From Frisingicoccus sp. (GTDB taxonomy: Bacteria; Bacillota; Clostridia; Lachnospirales; Lachnospiraceae), in the NCBI RefSeq assembly GCF_047030795.1, contig NZ_JBKYIC010000001.1: a DNA stretch of 64,000 nucleotides; one strand, written 5' to 3'. The notes beneath the pieces are model-generated. The model was not told the DNA's origin and ran no database searches. It was given only the letters and a program-made list of their open reading frames with translations. This document shows, one piece after another, positions 58,686-64,000 of this stretch. Position 1 is the stretch's first letter. Every line of letters begins with the position of its first letter. The translations under genes were made by a program, and so were the position numbers.

Positions 58686-59552
58686 CTAAACCCCCTTTAC
58701 AAAAGTGGTAATTTTCCTTTGCAGATTCTCTCGTTCATAGTCGATATTCCAGTTTCCAAGACGCAGAATATAAGCGATGATATCCCACTTATGACTTTCC
58801 GCTTCCGTGCGACCGGTCATCTTCTCATAATTTTTAATAAAACTGTTATAGATGCTTCCCCGGACCATCTGCATAAAGGCAATCTTTATTTTTGAACTGC
58901 CCGGAAACAATTCTGCTTCATGGTGTAGAAAATTCATCATGGCAACCTCCGCCAAAGGATTTCCTCTCAGTGCTGTCATCCAGTCAATGACCTGGTAATT
59001 GTCCCCATCGCATAAAATATTATCTGTATGGAAGTCCATATGGAGAATATTATTCGCTTCCGGAAGTGACAGGATATATTCTTTTAATTTTTCCTTCTCC
59101 GCTTTTGTCAAAAATTCAAAAACTTCCTCTTTTTCAAGTGTTTCTATAGCTTCCACACGTACATCCTTTAACTGAGGCGCTTCCTTTTCATGAACATTCG
59201 CATGAAGAGTCGCCAGTATTTTCCCCGCTTTAAATAAAATTAACGGATTCTTTGCCGGCATATTTGTCATGGAACATCCTTCAAGCTTCTTTAGTATCAG
59301 ACCCCTTCTTCCCTTGATTTTAACATCCCCATAACAGGCCATCGGTGTACATCCTATTTCGAAGGCCACCTTTGTATTTAAGATTTCCCTGTCTATGCTG
59401 GCGTCTTCTGTTTCCGAAAAATAAAGCTTCAACACCTTTCCTTCCCCAAGATTATAAACTTCTGATGAGCGCGCAGAAAAATCCGGTTTATCAAAATTCA
59501 CCTTTCTCAACAATTCTTCATTTGTCACTTTAAACCCTCCCCTTTTATCCAA
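58686..59552 (-). CDS. APH/choline-kinase-fold phosphotransferase family protein
   Basis: 288 aa with the catalytic-loop motif HMDFHTDNIL and IDW (DFG-equivalent). Confidence 0.7.
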   Translation of the reverse strand: MDKRGGFKVTNEELLRKVNFDKPDFSARSSEVYNLGEGKVLKLYFSETEDASIDREILNTKVAFEIGCTPMACYGDVKIKGRRGLILKKLEGCSMTNMPAKNPLILFKAGKILATLHANVHEKEAPQLKDVRVEAIETLEKEEVFEFLTKAEKEKLKEYILSLPEANNILHMDFHTDNILCDGDNYQVIDWMTALRGNPLAEVAMMNFLHHEAELFPGSSKIKIAFMQMVRGSIYNSFIKNYEKMTGRTEAESHKWDIIAYILRLGNWNIDYERENLQRKITTFVKGV

Positions 59553-59662
59553 TGATGACTAAATTGTACAATATGTATCTATCCTTATTTACATATTTTT
59601 AAGATTATTATATAATTTTTAATATAGTTCTGATTGACCATCAATAAAACGGAGATGAGAAA

Positions 59663-60406
59663 ATGAACAAAGACTGCTTACAATTCATCATGAATAACCG
59701 AATCAGCGGATTTCAGCATCCAACCCGTGAAAATATTATGGGCCTCTTTCACAAGGTTTCTCACAGTGACGGAGATGCCAAAGAACAGGTTGCCCAGTAT
59801 TTCAGAGAACTGAACGGCGAACAGGGATTTCTAAACGATAACGACCTCATGAATCTGCGTTACACCCTTGTCAATGATTGCTTTTACTTTTGTGAATATC
59901 TTCTTGGATACAATGTAGATAAAGAACTGGTTTATAACGCCTCGGACTACTATATTAATCAGATTAATAAAATCAATAAACCCGACGACGCTCTTAAATT
60001 TCTCGAAGAACTGACAGACACTTTTTTTGAATTGGCGCAAAAGAAAAGACTGGTCTCTTACTCGTTTCGCATCGAACGCAGTCTTCAATATATTGATCAA
60101 AAACTCTATTCTCCGGTTACACTGGAAGAAGTGGCCGCCGCTGTATCTGTGACGCCCCAATATCTGACCACTATTTTTCGTGAAGAGACAGGGATGACTC
60201 TCTATCAGTATATCCGAAACAGAAAAATAGACGAAGCAAAGATGCTCCTTCTCTACTCGGATGAACCCATCACCACGATTGCCAATGCCCTTGGTTTTTC
60301 CAGTAATGCGCATTTTTCCGCTTCCTTTAAATCTGTAACGGGTCATACACCGAGCAGTTTTCGCCGGAAACGAATAGATATGTTTTCTATTTCTGACCAT
60401 TTTTAA
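59663..60406 (+). CDS. AraC-family transcriptional regulator
   Basis: 247 aa with a C-terminal double HTH_18/AraC motif. Confidence 0.8.
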   Translation: MNKDCLQFIMNNRISGFQHPTRENIMGLFHKVSHSDGDAKEQVAQYFRELNGEQGFLNDNDLMNLRYTLVNDCFYFCEYLLGYNVDKELVYNASDYYINQINKINKPDDALKFLEELTDTFFELAQKKRLVSYSFRIERSLQYIDQKLYSPVTLEEVAAAVSVTPQYLTTIFREETGMTLYQYIRNRKIDEAKMLLLYSDEPITTIANALGFSSNAHFSASFKSVTGHTPSSFRRKRIDMFSISDHF

Positions 60407-60618
60407 ATTCCAATCAGCACGTCCCTTGCAAAAGCAACCAGAATAGATGCCCCAAAACGTCAGTAAGACATCTGCATTCAGTTATTGTCGATATTCCCTG
60501 ACGTACCAATTTTCTCGTTGCCCCTGTCTTTTAAAACAAAGGGAAGATCTCCTGCAGCACAGGGAATCCCTCCCATTAAACTCAGGATTCAGAATACCAT
60601 GTCCATTGTTCCGCACCA

Positions 60619-61433
60619 TCACTTTCTCATAACAACTAACTTATTAGAGATATTTTTCACCGCCGGAATCCACCCAAACAGATAATACACCGGCATGATG
60701 ACCTTCATTCCTTCCACCAGACTCACATCCTGCACCCATGTAAATTCCGGTACGATCCCTGCCAACTCTTTTCCGGACTTTATGCCCCATGTAAACTTTG
60801 CCTTCGTTGCTTCAATGGATTTTTCTTTCATATGTTCCATAACCCACGGATTCATCGTTTCCATAATGATTTCCGCGCTGCTGAAACGCCGGCTGATGAT
60901 GGAAAATATCTGCTTTACATCCTCCTCAGTCAGGTACATAACCAGTCCCTCAACGATAATCAATACTTTTCCTTTCGGTTCTTCTATTTCCTTTGCCCAC
61001 TCTTCATCCATGGCTGATCTTGCAATCATGGAAATATGTCCGTTTTCTTCAAGGAAACGACGACGCACCGTAATGGTTTCAGGCAAGTCAAGATTATACC
61101 ATCGGACTTCTCCCATCTCTTTTGCAACAGATGAATTTTTTTTCAGCCTATAAACTCTTGTATCCATTCCGCAGGCGATATTCACAACCGTACATCCCGG
61201 ATTCTTCCTGATAAAATCTGCTACCATCCGGTCAAGCAATATTGTTCTGGCGATGACTCCCTTTGACATCATCGCATCCTTCCCTGCAATAGAAAAATCA
61301 TAATCCATACGAGATACGATTTCTTCTGCCTCGTCGTCATGAAATTTTGCCTTCTTTTGTCTGGAATAGGCCGCGCGGGCATACAACGTCTGCAGCATTG
61401 TCTCCGGCACACCTTTTATATTTACTTTCTCCA
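60619..61433 (-). CDS. Class I SAM-dependent methyltransferase (LCM/TcmP-like)
   Basis: SAM-binding motif VVNIACGMDTR. The start was moved to the internal ATG (MEKVNIKG...) because the upstream 100 nt are a GC-rich palindromic leader translating to an implausible Arg-rich extension. Confidence 0.7.
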
Positions 61434-61535
61434 TACTCCTACACCCTCTCTTCCTTTCTATTCCTGCTTTCCTCCTTGTCGCGCGAAGCTTACTCTGTAC
61501 GCCTTCGGTGCGACGGAGCGCGCCCATGCGAAGCA

Positions 61536-61565
61536 TCTAAAATACGGTATGCCCGAATGGGTATA
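61536..61565. terminator. Strong stem-loop with flanking T/A runs in the long ORF-less region upstream of the methyltransferase
   Basis: GGTATGCCC-gaat-GGGTATACC followed by TTTTTAT on the plus strand, and a weaker TATTTTA on the minus strand. Confidence 0.5.
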
Positions 61566-61894
61566 CCTTTTTATCTTTGCGATCCGCTGCCAGATATCCC
61601 AGGTTTTGCCATAAATCTCTATCTTTTCTTTCAATCTGGCGCTTTCGTTTTATTTCTCCATCCAATTAATCACGGCATTGGTTAGTCATTTCTAACCCAT
61701 CTTTAAATATACATCATTTTCAGCAATAATGCCCACCTTGTTCTTCTCAAACTGGAATTTTAATGCTTGTCATTTTTCTTCATTCTTATTTTGCCTGTTA
61801 CTTTTTCTACTACCAGTTTAAAAACTTTTGTACAGGGCATTACTACCTTATTGAACGGAAATTCTTCTTGATGATAATATTAGATATGACTAAC

Positions 61895-61926
61895 TTATTA
61901 TCTCAAAGAAAGGGAATATTTCTATT
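61895..61926. terminator. Putative queA terminator hairpin
   Basis: AAAGAAAGGGAATATTTCTATTCCCCTTCTTT forms a 13-bp imperfect palindrome with U-rich arms, about 130 nt after the queA stop on the minus strand. Confidence 0.45.
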
Positions 61927-62058
61927 CCCCTTCTTTGCTGCGACAACGATTTTCTCATGACTGGCTGTTTTGCCCCGTGGCACGAAACAACCCCCTTAAG
62001 CATTTTGTTTATTAATCAGATTAGCTAACAGTATTAGCATGCATCATTATCTGGATAT

Positions 62059-63084
62059 TTATCCAATATACATAGCATCGCCAAAACTAAAGAAACGATA
62101 ACGCTCCTTCACGGCTGTTTCGTAGGCATTTAAAATATGCTCTTTTCCCGCCAGGGCAGACACGAGCATGAGCAACGTAGACTCTGGCAGATGAAAATTG
62201 GTAATCAGTGCATCGATACACTTAAACTGATATCCCGGATAAATAAAAATTTCTGTCCATCCGCTGGTCTCCCGGACAAATCCCTGTTCATCAGCCACCG
62301 ATTCCAGCGTCCGTGTGCTTGTCGTTCCAACAGAGACCACCCGTCCGCCCCGACGCTTTGTATCATTAATAATATCTGCCGCTTCCTGACTGATCATATA
62401 GAATTCGGAATGCATATGATGATCGGTCACATCTTCCACCTTCACCGGTCGGAAGGTTCCGAGACCCACATGAAGCGTTACCCGCGCAATTCGAACGCCC
62501 TTTTTTTGAATGGCATCCAAAAGCTCTTCCGTGAAATGAAGACCGGCCGTCGGCGCCGCCGCACTTCCCTCATGTTTTGCATAAACGGTCTGATACCGGT
62601 TCTTATCCTGAAGCTTATGGCTGATGTAAGGCGGCAGCGGCATCTCACCAAGTTTATCAAGGATTTCCTCAAAAATTCCGTCATACTCAAAACGAATAAG
62701 GCGGTTTCCTTCATCCACCACTTCCATAACTTCGCCCACAAGCAGACCGTCACCGAAGGAAATCCGGACACCCGGCCGGGCCTTTTTGCCCGGCTTCACT
62801 AATGTTTCCCAGACCGAATCACTCTTTCGTTTCAAAAGAAGAACTTCGATATGGGCTCCTGTATCTTCTTTTACTCCATGAAGCCTGGCCGGGATAACCT
62901 TTGTGTCATTAATCACAAGGCAGTCCTCCGGATTCAGCTCATCGATAATGTCTTTAAATATTTTATGCTGAATATCACCGGTCTTTTTGTCCAGGACCAT
63001 GAGACGGGAGCTGGAACGGTCCGTCAGCGGGTCCTGGGCAATCAGTTCTTCCGGTAAATCATAATAAAAATCTGATGTTTTCAT
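62059..63084 (-). CDS. queA: S-adenosylmethionine:tRNA ribosyltransferase-isomerase
   Basis: 341-aa QueA family ([17 protein letters not shown]...). Confidence 0.9.
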   Translation of the reverse strand: MKTSDFYYDLPEELIAQDPLTDRSSSRLMVLDKKTGDIQHKIFKDIIDELNPEDCLVINDTKVIPARLHGVKEDTGAHIEVLLLKRKSDSVWETLVKPGKKARPGVRISFGDGLLVGEVMEVVDEGNRLIRFEYDGIFEEILDKLGEMPLPPYISHKLQDKNRYQTVYAKHEGSAAAPTAGLHFTEELLDAIQKKGVRIARVTLHVGLGTFRPVKVEDVTDHHMHSEFYMISQEAADIINDTKRRGGRVVSVGTTSTRTLESVADEQGFVRETSGWTEIFIYPGYQFKCIDALITNFHLPESTLLMLVSALAGKEHILNAYETAVKERYRFFSFGDAMYIG

Positions 63085-63090
63085 AGTCGA

Positions 63091-64000
63091 TTACTTTCTC
63101 AATTCAATGCCCATCTTTTCAAGTTCGGCAAGAATCTTATCCATGACCGCATTGACATCCTTATCTTCCAGCGTCCGTGTTTTATCTCGGAATACGATGG
63201 AATAAGCCACGGATTTACATCCTTCCTTAATCTGAGCGCCTTCGTAAATATCGAACAGTTCAAAGCTTTCCAGCAGCTTACCGCCCCGTTTGCGGATGAC
63301 TTCTTCCACTTCGCCGACCATAATGTCCTTGCTCATGACCATACTGATATCACGAGTGACAGCCGGATATTTGGCAATACCCTGGAATTTCCGGTCAAAG
63401 GATGCAGCCTCAACCAGATATGGCATATCGAGAACGGCAATATAGGTTCTTGCACCCAGTTTATAATTATCTGCAACTTCCGGATGAATTTCGCCCAGAT
63501 AACCAATGACCTGACCATCGTAAATAATATTGGCCTGACGTCCCGGATGGAGATAGTTCTTGCCGGCTTTCGGATCATAATTCACCTGTTTTTTCATGCC
63601 GATACGTTCCAGATATTCTTCTACAACACCTTTCATGGTGAAGAAATCGCCGGAACCATACATACCCAGAGTAAACTGTACCCGTTCATCCGGATAATCG
63701 GTCAACGGCAGTTCCTTCGGCAGATAAATTACAGCCAGTTCATAAAGTTTTGCTTCTTTATTCCGGTGGCTGTAGTTAAAAGCCAGGGATGTCAGCATAC
63801 CATTTAACGGTGTGGTACGCATAATGCTGAAATCCTCGCCTAAAGGATTCATAATGGTTACTGTCTGACGCAATGGGTCATTTTCATCTAACAAAAGTTT
63901 ATCAAATACCTTCGGGCTCTCGAAGGAATAGGTCATGCTCTCGGAGAATCCACAGAACTCAGCGGTCTCTCTTGCAACCGATTCCACACGAAGCTTGTAG
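63091..64000 (-). CDS. pheT: Phenylalanine--tRNA ligase beta subunit, C-terminal part (gene continues past the window end)
   Basis: The C-terminal B5/FDX-ACB region of PheT. The ORF is open at the window edge. Confidence 0.8.
   Translation of the reverse strand, partial: YKLRVESVARETAEFCGFSESMTYSFESPKVFDKLLLDENDPLRQTVTIMNPLGEDFSIMRTTPLNGMLTSLAFNYSHRNKEAKLYELAVIYLPKELPLTDYPDERVQFTLGMYGSGDFFTMKGVVEEYLERIGMKKQVNYDPKAGKNYLHPGRQANIIYDGQVIGYLGEIHPEVADNYKLGARTYIAVLDMPYLVEAASFDRKFQGIAKYPAVTRDISMVMSKDIMVGEVEEVIRKRGGKLLESFELFDIYEGAQIKEGCKSVAYSIVFRDKTRTLEDKDVNAVMDKILAELEKMGIELRK

Noticed and set aside
60407-60618. Imperfect hairpin CCCTGTCTTTT/AAACAAAGGG downstream of the AraC gene as a terminator
   Set aside because: The stem has two mismatches and no adjacent U-run, so it is not convincing as an intrinsic terminator.
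61434-61536. N-terminal 34-aa extension of the methyltransferase ORF (MLRMGALRRTEGVQSKLRATRRKAGIERKRGCRS)
   Set aside because: It is translated from a GC-rich palindromic element and gives an Arg-rich non-protein-like peptide. A conserved-looking start (MEKVNIKG) exists downstream.
61763-61960. 65-aa plus-strand ORF in the 620-bp ORF-less region
   Set aside because: It is hydrophobic and low-complexity (Phe/Tyr-rich), has no RBS, and overlaps the hairpin elements. It is more likely non-coding.
1-64000. CRISPR arrays, tRNA/rRNA genes, transposases or integrases
   Set aside because: No short regularly spaced direct repeats, no tRNA-like GGTTCGA(A/T)TCC T-arm motifs and no transposase or integrase-like ORFs were seen. 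The only notable repeat is the intragenic tandem duplication in the TIR gene.

Overview
This 64 kb window looks like a Clostridia (Lachnospiraceae-like) chromosomal segment, with most genes on the minus strand and mostly ordinary saccharolytic/housekeeping content. In order from the start: (1) a BceRS/BceAB-type peptide-antibiotic sensing/resistance module (FtsX-type permease (partial at the window start), ATPase, intramembrane-sensing histidine kinase, OmpR-type regulator), with a LysR regulator upstream. (2) A CPA-type cation/proton antiporter and an MgtC-family protein. (3) A complete sialic-acid (nan/nag) catabolic island: nagA, a BNR/Asp-box beta-propeller protein, nanA, yhcH/nanQ, a five-gene peptide-type (Opp/Sat-like) ABC importer, a divergent RpiR regulator, then nanK, nanE and nagB. 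(4) An AraC regulator, a small Cys-rich protein, a Maa-type O-acetyltransferase fused to a GNAT domain, and VOC and XRE proteins. (5) leuS, followed by an ABC-2 exporter pair. (6) The most unusual locus: an AT-rich two-gene unit bracketed by terminator-like hairpins. It encodes a COG4260 SPFH/band-7 protein with a C-terminal double zinc ribbon, followed 14 nt later by a 690-aa protein with an N-terminal zinc ribbon, a TIR domain with the NADase-type S-x-W-x-x-x-E motif, two 43-aa tandem repeats, one C-proximal transmembrane helix and a small extracytoplasmic domain. I regard it as a candidate uncharacterised TIR-based signalling/defence module. (7) An EF-G paralog, then a tyrosine-type T-box leader ahead of tyrA-aroA. 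(8) An Lsr (autoinducer-2)-like uptake and processing cluster: SorC/LsrR-type regulator, an LsrB-like binding protein whose C-terminus matches E. coli LsrB (...YDF), LsrA/C/D, an LsrF-like aldolase and an LsrK-like FGGY kinase. It is expanded by a PfkB kinase, a VOC protein, DhaK/DhaL and a Gfo/Idh/MocA oxidoreductase; dhaK carries an in-frame TAG. (9) An AEC transporter, Fe-ADH, SEC-C and DUF305 proteins, a double class-II aldolase-fold protein, a GlpA-like/FAD-oxidoreductase/DUF1667 trio, an APH-fold phosphotransferase, an AraC regulator, a SAM methyltransferase downstream of an unusual 620-bp ORF-less structured region, queA and partial pheT. No rRNA, tRNA, CRISPR array or obvious transposase was seen.
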